A DNA stretch of 64,000 nt from Gnetum montanum (GCA_015680685.1 MNCI01001941.1:737318-801317); one strand, 5' to 3'; shown: positions 37,077-51,500, counted from the stretch's first letter. Program-made: numbers and translations. The notes: a model not told the origin generated them from the sequence alone.

Positions 37077-40000
37077 ATGGAATCCAAGAAACAAGGGGAA
37101 AAGAGAAAAATTCCTATAATATAGAGGATGGATGAACATTCTTGGAAGTTAGAAGAAGTTCCCAAGTCCATCTGCATTCAAGCTTCTTCTATTACTGCTC
37201 CAAGGTAGGTATTTCTACCTATTTTTTCCTTTCTTCTAAGGATTTTAAAGTTTTATTTTTCATGTGTTAGGGTTGTTTTGTCCAAATCTTCTCTAGTGGA
37301 GGGATTAAAATGAAATTTTAATGAAATCCCACCTTCTATTTTGGCCATTTCCACATGGATCCATAGTCTTTTTTTTGTTTTAACTTTTATAGATTTGGTT
37401 TTAAAAATATGACTTTCTATTTCATGCCTCTTTCCCAAAATTCTAGGGTATGGCTATTTTTTCAGATCTAGCCCTAAGGATTTGTTAAAATTAAATTTTA
37501 ACAAAATCCTACCCCATTATTTTGGTGTGAATTTTAATGGGTTTCAATGGTCTTGGTTATTTTGACTATTTTAATGATGATATGAAATTAAGGCTTTGAG
37601 GTTTTTTGAGGTTTTAGCATGAAAAGATAAGAAATGTTTTGTATTTATTTTCTTGGTAAAATAACTAAAAATCTACAATATTGAAGGTTAAAAATTTGTA
37701 ACCCTTCATTAAAGCTTTCTAATGGCTATTGTCTTGTTTAATTTGACCTTGAAACAAAGAAGATATGGCTATTTTCCTAACATTACACAGTTAGGTTGTT
37801 TGTGCCACCTTTGTAATTTTATGTAGCTTTGCAAATTTGTTTTGAAATAAATGACAAAGGTTTTGGGTATTTTCTAAACATTACTACATAGGTGTTACCT
37901 TTAGCTTTCCACTGGAGGTCGAATCACTTCAATTTGATTTAAAATGGATTTTTATAAATATTTTACTAATAATGTGTAATAAGGATGTTTATGCCATTTG
38001 CAAATTATTGTCCAAATTGACAACTTTTTCTTGCATAAATGGAAAAGGTTTTAAATTGTTTCTAACCATGGATATGTAGGACTTGACTTAAGCTTTCAAA
38101 AGGTGGTGGAATCACTCCATTTGGAGCTCAAACAAATTTTTTTTATGAATTTTTTGCTATGGTTGTGTGAATTAAGGCAAAACTCATTATTGTAGTACAT
38201 TATCCATTTGAAAATAAAAGTGGTTGATATGTATCACTTATGTTTTTCTTTTGTGAACATGTAAATCTTAATTTTACTTTTAAAAGATATTTTCTATTTT
38301 AAATAAGCTTTTTCTATGGCTACATGGCCTTTTCTAAGTTTATTGTGCTTTTTCTAAATTTGTGCATAATTTAAGATGATTTTTCCAAATTTATGCATGT
38401 TTTGCATAATTTAGATGCTTTTCAAAATTTATGCATGCTTTCCATAATTTAGATTTCTTTTCTAAACTTATTCTTTCTTTTCTAAATTTATGCATAATTT
38501 AGATTCTATTTTCTAAATTTATGCATAATTTAGGCTAAGACTTAGTTTTAGCTCTAATGTTTTGGCTATAAAAGCTATAGAATATGGTAACAATGCTTTT
38601 ATGGAATTTCTTAACCTAATTTAGATAAAAATCTAAGAGCTTTTTATTTAGGCTAATTTCATCTCTGACTTAGGAAGTTTTTGCTAAATTTGTTAAGAAA
38701 TTCCAATTGGTTATGATGTAAGGTAATGCAAGTTTGTAATAATGTTTTCTTATGAAATTACTTAGATTAATTTAGAACAACACATTAAATCATTTTATAG
38801 AGGCTAATTTCACCTTTGACTAGATGTTTTATCTAAATTTTCCAAGTAACTCAAATAGGTCATAATGTTTTTTGTGCTTTATTTTATGTAGGGTCTTCTT
38901 GAGGCCTATCCTAATCATAGTGGAGCTAGTTGGTATTTTGTGCTATATTGATCATCCTAAGATGAACACACTACCACATGACATGCCTTTCAAGAAGCTC
39001 TCATTGTGGTTTTGGCCTAGGCAAGGAACTTCCTTACCTACCTCCTTGGGAACTTCAATGTGATGCCATAGTCACACTTATTCATGGATGCAGCTAGAGT
39101 TTTTGTGGAGACCTTGTTGCCTTGGGCATCTAGCCTAATTACTAGACATATTACTAAAAAACCACTTTCTAAGACTGCAGGGGGACCAACATATGTCATA
39201 AGTCCACATTACCTTTCAAAGATCTAGATAATGCTAGATTATAGTCAATATAATACTAACAATACTCTGATTGTGGTGCATATAGCCCACACATTATTCT
39301 AGAACCCTCCAAGCACCATATACCATCTATAGGGGTAAACATGGTTATTGTAATGCTTTTATGCTTTTGGCTCAATTACCTAACCTAACTTCATTAATTT
39401 AACTTGCAAGTACAAGACCAATGATTAGGGCTTAATCATAAATGATCAAATCCTGACAATGGCTCAAACTACTTTGGATGAATTCACTAAGAGTTCCCAA
39501 ATCAGAGCTACTATGTATCAATAGTTAAAAGGAAACCTTGATGAATATGCCACTAGGTTTAACCTCATATACAAAAGGTGCAAGGATGATGGGACAATGC
39601 ACAGCTAGTGGGTAGATGTCAATAGTATAGATCGGACCCTTGCTAAAACCTCCATAATATAGAAGAAGAGTAAAGGTAAACATATAGCTTCTAGTATTTT
39701 ATGGCTCTAAGTGCTTCATTGATTTTCTTGGTTGTCGAAATTGCTCATATTGATGCTAACCTTTGGTTAGTGCTTCGTAGGACCTTCCACCTCAGCTGAT
39801 GTTACTATACCACTTTCATGTTCATTTCATGAGGATACCCTCATCTTGAAGTTTGGTGATGTGATATTAACATAGGAGTGCTAAAGGGGTAGTCACTTGG
39901 ATATGTTCAAGTGAGCATCCAACATGAAGGTTTACTCAGTGTATTCATGCAACATATTCTTTCCATTCCTACTATAGAGATGTTACATGTCGTCGACTCC

Positions 40001-42110
40001 TTTGATGAGAACGTTGGTTGTTTTAGTACCATCATCTGAGCTATTAAGGTAAACATGGACATAGGTGCTGGCATCTTTTGTGACTTGTTTGGTATCCCTA
40101 CTTATGGGGCAAAGGTTCCCACTAGGATGGTATGAGAATTAGGCCATCATGAAGAAGTGCTAGAGTAGCTTGGTGCTAGCATGGGCTACTCTGGAATTTT
40201 GATGGATAGCTTCATGAATCATGATGTAAAGGAATCATATCCTTTGTTTAGATCTCATGCATTCCCCAAACTACTATCATAAAAGAAGGTAATATGCCTA
40301 GAACAGGGATGAACCTTTAAGAAGATCTTGATGGAGGACATTAAATTTGAATGGGTTATTACTTTGGCTATTGGGCTTCGAGAGGAGATCCTTAGATTCC
40401 ATGTTTAATACTATATGATAATCCATATACACTTTGCATTTTTTTCAAGTTATCTAAAGAAGTTTTGAAAGTTTCTAGTTGTGTATAGGAATGGACAATG
40501 GATTTTCTAAGACCCAAGCCAACATTCTAGGTTTTGGATAAAGCACATCTATCCAACAATGTATGCCTACACTAGAGGGGATGGATGATACATTATCCAT
40601 CACCACTAAGAATCTTGATGTTAGGTAGTACGAGTCCCTTGATAGTACTAATGATGATGAGCCCCTCTCATTTCTCATTAGTGTCTAGGATGCTAGATGA
40701 TAGTGCATCGAGGCCAATAAGTATCTAGAAAGAAACTCAATAGGCTTATGGAGGAGGCACCCCTAGCATCAGATCAGCCTACCTTGAAGAAGCTTAAGTT
40801 TAAGCTTAATCCCTCATAGCAGGAAGTTGCAGGTATGCTTTGTTTAAATTTGGGGATTTCATATTTTAAAATCTTATGGCTACTTTATGGTTTTAGGTGT
40901 TAATTGGTATTCTATGTGCTATGGTTATAGATAAGCATCAGGTTATAGTAGCCCAAGCTACTGCAAAGGTAGAACAAAGATGTCTAGAAGTGACACTCCT
41001 AAAGCAACCTATGGTTGAAGGACTTGCCGGTATAGGTATAGATGATCTAGATTTCTTGTTTGGTGGGGTAGCACCAAGTACCTCTCCCATCATCATCCTA
41101 GAGGGGGGAGAGGAGGAGGAGCTAGGTTTGCATATGCCTTAATAATTTTGTTATATCTCATTGGTTATCTTCGGTTGTCATCCTAACCTCTCAATGATTA
41201 TTATACTTACAGTAGTTCCTAAACCACTAGTTCTAGCTTCCATCCCTATGTTTTGTGTGAAACCATGGGTAGAGACTCTAGAAAAAGAGTTCTTGCATGG
41301 GATGGCTAAGGACATCATCAATCGATTACATTAGGTTGCACCTGAGATAGGTAAGGGTTTTATTTTATGTGCTTTAGTCATGGGCTTTGCTTAGATTATT
41401 GCTATCTTAGGTTTTGTTTTATTATTTTATTTTGTGCTTGTGTAGTACCTTTCATGGAGTGGAACCCCAGCAAAGACATGTAGATAGACTCATTGCCTAA
41501 GTGTTCCTCTAATGTGTCTAGTGTACCTATGAAGTTGTATGAGACTACTATTGATTTACCAATGTCATGTGCAAAAACTTCATGGGAGCTAGAGAGGTTC
41601 AACGAATTCCTATGGAAGGAAGTTGTAGCCTTAAGGTAAAAGACTCAAAGGCAGGAGGACACAATTAGACATCTTTGAGACCATAAAGCCTTTGTGAAAG
41701 TCCAAGTGGCTAACTTAAGGAAGTTATAGAGTAAAGAGATCACAAGGGCCAACTACTAGCATGTTGTTCAAGACAAAGTAGCAATCCTATGGGAGATGGA
41801 AAAACAATGTATGCATATGGAACTAATCTTCCAAAAGGTTTAGGATTAGAAGGATCACTGAGCTTGGGTCTTGTAGTGGGGCAAGACATAAAAGGCCCAC
41901 AAGCATCAGTATAAACCTAATTATGGGGCCTACCTAAAGGGACTTAAGAAGGAGTTGGTTGAATAGCATAAGAGAGAGCTATTCATTGAAGGGATGTAGG
42001 TGGAGAGTTCTTATCAACTTTTTGAAAGTACTCTCAAGGTGGAGTAATTCCCTACTCTTCAGATCATCATGACTATAGGTGAGACCTCTACTAGTAGTTG
42101 TGCCTATCTA
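37077..42110 (+). pseudogene. Antisense multi-exon accessory gene of Tat element B (homologue of 3811-8651), truncated in exon 7
   Basis: Exons 37077-37204, 38892-39334, 39410-39693, 39781-40832, 40931-41125, 41213-41350, 41446-~42110. Intron phases and flanking peptides match A. Confidence 0.85.
38330..38535. repeat. Short tandem repeats (TTTTCTAAATTTATGCATAATTTAG-like) in intron 1 of the B gene
   Basis: Several degenerate copies visible. Confidence 0.7.
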
Positions 42111-42369
42111 ATTAGCATATATCTACTAGTAGTTGTATCCTATCTAACTTTTCTAACTTAATGTCTCAATTTCATAAGTATTCTTGATAATTTTTCATAT
42201 ATCTTCTAATTCAACATGTTCATGCATTATGATGTGGATTGGGTTTTGTTGATTTTACCATTAATTTGAATTAAATTCTAAGGGTTTGATCTTTCTTTAT
42301 ATGTATAAAATCACTTAATCTCTATAATTAATTTTCTTAGCTCTTTATACTATAATTTTAATGTTTTAT

Positions 42370-45300
42370 CAGTTTCAATATAAGAGGGTTTTATATGAAT
42401 CCATCATATCAACTATTTGGGGCTTGGGTATTACACATTAAATTTTATTTATTATATCATTATGTTCATATTAATCTAGATCTATTTTAGTTTTAATCAT
42501 TTTCTTTGGATTCTGAGTGATTATCATTTCATGTGCTTTTAACAATTTTTACAAGGGTTTGGACCATTTGTCATACCATCATCTTGTTGGTCACCCTGCT
42601 ATTAGTTTAAAATTGATTTATGGGATCTAATTCATGGCTTGGATTATTTAAACATTACTTGTTGATTTTAATTTATCTTTAACTTATTTTGAGCTATTTT
42701 CTTACTATTTTAAGATCTTTCACTATAACCACAAGTTAACCACATATAATGGTGAGGCTATGGCCACTAACCACAAGTTCTAGTCAAGACATGGTCTCTA
42801 GCCATGGGTCATTAGGGAGTCATAACTAACCCCCTTTTCTCTTTCCTTGCATTTTTATCCTCTATTTTTGGAAAACATGTTATACCATGAGTTGTGTTTA
42901 CGTGACTTAATATCATAAGTCATCAAGAAGTTATGATTTAGTCCCTTATTGTTATCATCATATCAAGTCATCTTAAGAGGTTTTTGTATAACCATGGGTC
43001 ATGGTGAAGTCATGGTTTAGTTATGATCTTCCATTACAAGTCATGATGAAGTTGTGATCAAATTGTGCTTTCCCATCATAAGTTGTGGTAAAGTTGTAGT
43101 CAAGATTCTAAATCATTCTTATCATTCTGAACCATTCAAGTCATTTCTTATTGACAATGGTTCATGGTCAAGTTATGGTCTATCCACTATGGATTATGGT
43201 CCAATCATAATAATTATCATTAAGCATTTTTATCATAAGTTTTCATTGGTGATTTTCTAAGTAAACCACTAGCTATCATTAGAACGTAATCTAGTTGTTG
43301 TAAGTAATCATGTATCAAGGTAAGTTTATGATTTCAACAAATTTTTTCTTTCTTGAAATTGGAGCTTAATTCAACATGTTTTGATATCTTGGAATAGCAT
43401 TGCATACTTTTTATTTTGTATGAAACATGTTAGAATGTTGGGATTAACCTTGGATTTGAATGATTAGTTTCATATCAAATTTCTAGTTGTTTGATCTTGT
43501 TAATTCATTTGTACATCCCTCCACCATCAATTTTTGATTTATAGATACTTGGATTATTTTATGTTTAATATTTCATGGGAGCTAGCACTTAGTGATGTGA
43601 TATGTTAAAGATGAGCTCCCTAAAGATGTTTGATATTTGACCCTCACTAGGATGCATCAATGTCGCTCTTGCTACAAGCTCTATCCTATAGAAGAGGATG
43701 ATCCTAGACTCATTGGTTCTTGTTTGATGTCTCCATAATATTAGAGATGGGTCCTAGATGACACATCTAGCATTTGTATTTTGAAACATTAGAGGTGAGT
43801 TCTAGTTGGCAACACTTATTCTATTTGAGATGAAAATTGAATCCATGCACATGGTAGTTTGAAATTTGATCTAGCATTTGGTTTCACATTTTGGTTTGAA
43901 AATTACTAATAATAATGATTCACATCCATGATATTGAGTGTGATGTATGATAGTCTCTTTTATTTGCAAGTTGATGAAAAGAAGAGAGAGGACTATGTTT
44001 TATCAAATAGTAATGAATTTTTTTCTATAAAATAGTTTAATGAGAATTTATTATATCAACCATTTGAGGCTTAACTATTATACATTAAATTCATATCATT
44101 ATATTTTTCTTAATCTAGATATATTTGGATTTTCATCATTGTGTTGGATTTCAAGTCATTATCATTTCATAAGCTTTTGATGAATTTTACCTAGGGTTTA
44201 GATCCTTTGTTCAACCATCATCTTATTGGTCACCTTTCCCTCAATTTCAACGTCAAGTTATCATCTCTAAGTCATGTCTATATTGTGGCCAACATTAGTT
44301 ATTAATAGTCAATTATCTTGAAGTCACTTTAAGTTATTTTCCTATCATTTTATGTTTTTCATCATAGCCATAAGTCTACTATGGATTGTGGTAAGATTGA
44401 AGATATTGACCATAAGTCAAATTTAGGTCATGATCTCCCACCATTCATGGTGGGATTATGGAAAATATTTTCTTATTTTCTTACCATTTCTATCTCTTTT
44501 CCTTTTTAGAAAACCTATTATTTCATAAGTTATGATCAGGTCATGGCCTTATACCATAAATAATAGAGAAATCATGATCTTCCATGATGAGTCATGGTGA
44601 AGTCTTACTTTATTTCCTTTGTTGATGTTATCATATCAAGTCATCTTAAGAAATTCTTTGTTACCCATTGGTCTAATGAAGTCATGGTCTTCCATCACTA
44701 GTCATGATAAAATTGCAATCCAAATTTGGTCTTCCATCATCATTCATGATGAAGTCATGATCAAGGTTCTAAACCATTCTTGTCATTTTGATCTATTCGA
44801 GCTATTTCATATCAACCACAAGTTGCAATCAAGTAATGGTCTACCCATTGTAGATCATGGTCTAATCATGGTGAAGTTGTGATTAACTATTTTTATAATA
44901 AGTTTCTATTGCTAGTTTTTTGAGTAAACCATGAGCCATGGTTAGGTTATGGTTTGGTCATGGTGAGATTTTAATTTTATAATTTTGCAAGTTCTACATT
45001 AATCTTACTATTGAAGCTTAATTTGGTACATTTTGACATCTTTGAATATTATAGGATACTATTTAGTTTCTTTGGAAGATGTTGGAATGTTGAATTTGAC
45101 CTTGGACATGATTGCTTGATTTTAGATGGAACTTCTAGCCTTGTAATCTTGTTGGTCCATTTGTATAACCCTTCACCATTAATGGCTAGTTTGTAGATGG
45201 TTGGAAGATTTTTTGCTTACTATTGGGTAGGAGCCTATACCAAGTTATGTGGTTAATTGAAGATCAGTTTCCTAGATATTTTTGGTATTTAATCACAACT

Positions 45301-45630
45301 ATTATGCATTATTATGACTCTTTCTATAGACCCCATCCTATAGGAGAAGATGATCCAAATCATATTGATCCTTATTTGATATTTCTATCACATTATAGAG
45401 GAGTCTTGGATGGTACCTCTAGCATCGATACTTTGAAACATTAGAGGTGAATCCTAGGTTATGTCTTCATTTAGATTGAAACTAATAATAAATCCTTGTG
45501 TATGGTAGTTTGGAATTTGATTTGGAAACTACTCATGACAGCAATGTACATATATGACAACAATTTATTTATAGGTTGATGGATGGAAGGGAGAGCGTTA
45601 TGTCTTATGAGACGATGATGAATGACCTAG
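42370..45630 (+). repeat. Diverged tandem duplication, ~1.65-kb unit (about 42370-44020 and 44020-45630), each with exon-like segments
   Basis: Colinear blocks, e.g. ccatcatcttgttggtcacc (42577) vs ccatcatcttattggtcacc (44215), and tttgaaacattagaggtga (43780 vs 45432). Confidence 0.85.
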
Positions 45631-46479
45631 TACTTATTGGACGTTTGTTTGATCATTATGTCAGTTTATTAATAATGTTATTTTTGGTTATGAAATTTTA
45701 CTTGCCTCTTTATTCTTTCTAGAAATGTCTATAGTTTGGGTAGATGTGTATGCATGTGATTTTTTGTCTTATAGGTCATCATGCTCCTTGCTCTTACTTT
45801 CATCCATGATCATTTTCCTTAGTTGACTAGGAAATATGTCAAGTGTTTTTGCTTCATTTATACTAATTCTCTCTTTTATTTATTGATCAATTTCTTTCAT
45901 TTACTTTCTTTTTCTACCATCAGGTTCTCGATAGATAATCTTATTTGATCATTATTCATGATTTTGCATCCTCACTATACATTAATATTTCATAGCTTTT
46001 AATATCATTTCATTATTATCTTTTTCTTATGTCATGTTAATTTTTCATTGTAATCAAATTTTATCTTCAAGATCTAATACACCCTAATGCTTGACCATAT
46101 GTAATTCCTTCTCTCCTAAGGCTAGGTGGAAAGGTGTTATACCTAAGTCTTATATGTTATTACTAATGAATGGTTCACCTACCTACAAAACAATGTTTAT
46201 AAAAAATAATCGACCTACTTGATCACATTATATACCAATAATATTCTACCTACCAAAGTAGTATTCCAAAATAACTAATGATGATGGTCAATTCCTCGAA
46301 CGATAATATTGATACTAATGGATTTCAATAGTGATTTTTCCTTATTTATTATCCAAACTAATAAAACAAAACTATATTTCTGGCATCAAAAATCCACACT
46401 TAAAATCCTAATGATCAAAATGATACTTTTCTTCATAATTCTCCATGCCAAAATTTTCATAAAATGCATACAAAATGTT

Positions 46480-46551
46480 GCAAAAACGTTGTGATGATCA
46501 TATGACTATCAAAAAGTGTCATATGTTAGAGAAATGTCATGTAAAAGTCCC
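46480..46551 (-). mobile_element. Possible Mutator-like terminal inverted repeat end
   Basis: Minus strand begins GGGACTTTTACATGACATTTC, with an internal hairpin (catatgac...gtcatatg). No partner TIR, TSD or transposase seen. Confidence 0.3.
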
Positions 46552-47153
46552 TCAACAAGAAATAAAGTGATAAAAAGCAAAATATTACATATAATCATCA
46601 CTTCAAACAAGAAATATAAACTTTATATCATTGAAATGAACTAATGGATGAATGTACTTTTTTTACATTAATTCATCTCTTTTTTGCATTATTTTTTACT
46701 TTTTTTAATTGCAAAATGCATGCTCATTAATCCCAGATATGGACCCTATATTCACCTATAAATTTCATTATTATACATTGATCTAAGTGACTATTTTTTA
46801 TGAAAGAAAATATTGATACAAAATTTCCCTTTTAATTTATCTCTTCAAATTTCTAATCTCTAATTTTTCTTTTCACATTATCTACTATCCAATCCAATTC
46901 CATTCTTAATAAGTTTCATAAGTTTTTTATCTAGATCTACTTCATAATAGGTTAAGTATTTTTTTTTATTTTCTTTATGCTTATTCAAGCCTAGAACAAA
47001 AGGTAAATAGATTCTTTTTAATTTTCTCAAATCTATTACCATTTGAAGCTATCAATTACAAGTATCAAGATTTCAAACTAAAATAACTTCTCAAGGAAAA
47101 TACAATATATCAATTTTAAAAAATCAAGATATATCATAAAAATAATTTGATAA

Positions 47154-47572
47154 TGGAATGAAGAAGATGACAATGAAGAGGAATAGGCTACAATTAAGGG
47201 AGTATTCTGTAATAGGTTAAGCTATAGATCTTTGAGAAGCCCAAGAATGTTCAACCCATGTAGGACTAACCAACTAGTAAAATTCTCATAAGACCTAGCA
47301 TGACTAATAGAAAAAGGTAGGTATTGTAAGGATGTATCCAAAGAAATAAATAATAATAATAATAATAAGTCATTACAAAGAAAAAATTCATAACAAGATT
47401 AAAATACACCAAGAATGACTACAGAATGTAGACAATGCAATTATGAAAGATGTATAATAATGAGTTATTTACCCAATAAGTTATGTATTAAGATTTCCTA
47501 TAACATAAATGTTCCTTAGATAATTAGAATTATCCAAGAGACATAGAACTAAACTCTAACATGGTATTAGAG
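47154..47572 (+). mobile_element. 5'-truncated LTR plus tRNA-Met PBS of copia-type element H (copy 1)
   Basis: ...ctctaaCA TGGTATTAGAGC; homologous to 52456-52884. Confidence 0.8.
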
Positions 47573-47630
47573 CAAACCAACAATTAGTTCTAATACTATA
47601 TTTTGCAACATGAGTGGAGAAGGTTCACTC

Positions 47631-48514
47631 TGTTTGCTTTAAACCTTCAAACACATACAATCCAAAATATATGAAGATAATTCAATATCCTAGAGAAAAA
47701 GAAACTAGCTATCTTTAATCAACATAAAAAATATTTAAAATCATTGTTTTGACAACCACAACATCACAAATCACTCACATATACTTAACAATATTGCATA
47801 ACATGAGGCTTTACAATCACACAATGATTTTTTTCAATACAAGGCATATCTTAAAGAGATATCTTCCACTAACACATGAATGAAATTCAAACACCACAAA
47901 TAGAGAGAAAAAATGGTCAAAATATAGATTTGAACATAGAAATGCACACACACCTATACAATCTCTTTCAACAAAATCTCATGTGCTTAGCTCTTGATCT
48001 CATGATCAAAACATAAAACACATAATAATATTTATTAAATTCAAGATTAAAACCCTAAAAAAATTTCTCCACTATTAACTTGGATATTTCTAACTACTGT
48101 TATCTTATTCCCATATTTTCTAGCTATTTCAAAATTTGTAGCTACTAACTTGAAATTTTTCCTAATCATATAGGACATCTATATGCTCAACAAGATGTCT
48201 TTGGCCCATGGAAGATGACTCTTATTAGAATGAGAGATCTCCTCCTATGATGAGAAATCTACCCAAAGATGTCTCTTATATAACAAAGACATTCCTTGAT
48301 AGGATGAAATGTCTTCTCATCTGACAAGACATCTCCTCCTCTTGATAAGATTTCTCTTATCAATTCCTAGCTCTTAACAAAGATGTCTTTCTGATCTCTA
48401 AGATGCCTCTTTATCTTCATAAAACTTTGAATTAATCACCTACATAAATGAAAATGGGACTTAAAAGAGATATCCCTACATTAGTTCTCCCACCCTTTCA
48501 AAAGTAAACATACA
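47631..48514 (-). mobile_element. 3' LTR and PPT of an unrelated gypsy-type element J (second copy ~52940-53816)
   Basis: Minus strand TTTTGAAAGGGTGGGAGAACTAA followed by TGTAGGGATATC at 48480; AGATGTCT/AGACATCT motif cluster. Left boundary uncertain. Confidence 0.55.
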
Positions 48515-51500
48515 TGTGAGGACCAAGAAATTAGGAGGGTTCAATAAGTTTTCCAAAGCAAACAACCAAGATAATCAAAATGACAAATAAATTTATGTGG
48601 TTCCAAAACTTGGATATGTCCACACTTGGAGGGTAGAATTCTTGTGCACCTCTAAACTTTGTTCCTTAAAAAATTACTTTAAAGGACACCACAACCTTTA
48701 TAATATTTGGGCTTCAGTTAGAGTGTTTTTTCATTGCAAACACACTCAACCCCACAAGGTCCAACTAAGATCAAAATTTGATTTCAAGGATTCCACAACC
48801 TTTACAAAGATGTAAGCTCCACTCATAGTGTTTTCATGATAGAGACATACTCAACCTCATAAGGTCCCAACAAGATTACAAGATGCCATCTTACAAGAAG
48901 CCCATCAGCCCTGTAGGGTTACAAAGAAAGAAAAAAAGTCAAGTAGAGAATGTAACTCACTTTACAAATTCCTTACACTTAGGAACATATACAATAATTC
49001 AAAAATGATGGAAAAATAAGGAACAAAGATAATTCATTGGATAAACAAGAATGATATTGATCAATCAATAGTACTTGTACATTTTCCAAGAATTCCACTT
49101 TATTTTATAGCCTTTTACTTTCCAAATCCTCCTTAGAATTCATGCACTAGCTAGGAAATGGCTGGTTGGGATGTCCCATTTATGCTAGGGAATCTATCTA
49201 CAAATATTATTCATTTAGGTGGAACATCCCATAGAAAATTGGAATATCTCACTTGGGAGGTCCTAGCTATGATGTCCCAGCTGCAATTGGGACACTTGTT
49301 ATTTATTTGGGACATCTGATTTGCAATTGCACTTTGAACTCTAGGACATTCTTCTAACATTTGGGCAAGCTAAGTAGATCTTGAAAAAAATTATTTTGGC
49401 TTGTATACTTCATTTATTAAGACTTTCTATCATTTCATATCAGCATCCTAGCTCTTGTTTTATCATCCTAGCTCTCATTTTTCATCCTAACTCTCATTTT
49501 TCATCCTAGCCCTTGTTTTGTCATCCCAACTCTTGTCTTGACAAATCAGCTCTCATTTTGATACCAAGAAGTTCTTGTTTCAATCATCATGAAGTTCTTG
49601 TATTTACACCAATAAGTTCCTATCACTTTAAAGCTCATGATTGTGATCTTGTCATGTTCTTCCTTAGCCTTGCAAGACCACAAGCACATTTTCCACATGC
49701 AACATTTTCTAAGATTTTGATGTACTAAAAAGTTAACAATATCCCCTTTTCTAGTGATGTCCAAAACTTAAGAAAATAGATTATCACATTCTTAATATCA
49801 TATGATTGAACAATTTAAAACACAATTGTACACACACACACACACACAAATATTCATTAATAATCCTATTATAGAAGGAAAAGCAAAGAAAAAGAGATGA
49901 AGTATTAAATGGTGCATATCCATTAGCTAAAATCACAAGAAGCCAACACAATAAAATGGTAACATAAAAAACTATCCAATGTCTATCCATCTATGCATGA
50001 TGCAAGCATAAACTATATATATATAGTTGATATATATATATATATATATCACAACCTATTCCCAATTAAAAAAGTGCACAAATCATGACAACATGTGTCC
50101 ATATAACTATCCACAATAATATCTCCTCCACAAGTATACAACAATAGCCACAAAAGCTCTCCTCTTTTTCCAAACATCACTCAAAAGGAGGGGATTATGC
50201 AACTCCTCTAACCACTAACCTCTATATTATTATCATCCTCATCATAGCTAGAATCTACATGAGTGGGCTGATAAGTCTCCTCATCATCATCACTGCTAGT
50301 ACTAATGATAATGACCTTCTACTTATCATCATTAGAAGAAGATACTATGATAGGAGCTTCTCAAGGATGAAGCTTTTCCCAAAATCCTAATGAAGAAGGG
50401 AAATAAGATGAAGCCTGCTAGTAAGAAGAAGAAGTATCCTTCTATTGATAAGGTTTCAGAGTGACTTCCTCCTAATGAGCTATGACAACAAAATTCTCTT
50501 CATCACTTGTTGTTCAAAATATTGAGGAAAATCCTCCTATACATATGAACTCAGTTCAAGCTAATCGGGATCAAGAATAGACTCTCCCTAAATACATGCA
50601 GGTGGTGCAACAAGATCCTTAAAATTAGATGAATTTAACAAATCATACCCTTTGGATGGTGGAGCTATTGTAGAATAACTAGCTGGAGCTAGAATATCCT
50701 CATCATCAAAGCAGTAATATCCTTAAACTACTACTGATATGAAGGAGGTGATAGGCCTAGTACATCTAGTCTCTTATGCAAGTAAGAGAGATTTTGTCCA
50801 ACCATACCTAAGACTTTACCAAAGGGTTTTAACACCTTCTTTAACACTAACTTCACCTGTACACTTATAGATTTTGATCTTTTAAGCAATGAAAATTTTG
50901 CTTCTTTCCTTCTTATCTTTGGAGGTGGAGAAGTTGGGGCTTCAAAATCTACAATTGTGATGCTCCTCTTCTCTAAAACTCTACAAGACTCATCTTCCCC
51001 TTGAGAAGAGGCATATCAGGGATAGGAACACTTGCTTTTCAAATTAATAAACTAATAAGAAGATGCTTTCCTGAAAACCTCTCTTTAGTAAATAAATCCA
51101 CCATGTCCCTCAAAAGAATGTGTCCTAAGTTTAATGGCTATCCAATTAGAAGACAATAGAGCACAAAATCTTGTGTGGCCAAAAAATAGTTACAACTTCC
51201 TCCTTTTATAATAATGTTATATAAGATAATAAGTGAGAGTTTGGAAGCATCTTTCAATATTTGATAGCTATAAACTTTTCCACTTCTAAGAGACAATGAA
51301 TTACCAAAAATGACATTACAAAATTCATCTTGAGAAAATATAAGTACACCTTTGGTGAATATATGACTCATGGAATGTATATTAACCCTATGTATCTTAG
51401 AGATGGAAATCCCAAGAATAGCATTCACTACTTGGGGTGAAGCCCCAATCACAATTTTCCCAACAATAAAAGTAAAAGCCCCAATAGCAACATTAGTAAT

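Larger units (their letters stand above)
28948..42110 (-). mobile_element. Tat-clade Ty3/gypsy element B (3' LTR, INT-aRH-RH-RT, tandem array, antisense multi-exon gene); gag-PR and 5' LTR missing
   Basis: pol homologous to A with the same domain order, LTR termini like A, PPT present; homology to A stops at ~42110. Confidence 0.9.

Noticed and set aside
49829-50049. (AC)n and (TA)n microsatellites
   Set aside because: Ordinary slippage repeats in the SIRE 3' region; lengths differ between the two duplicates.
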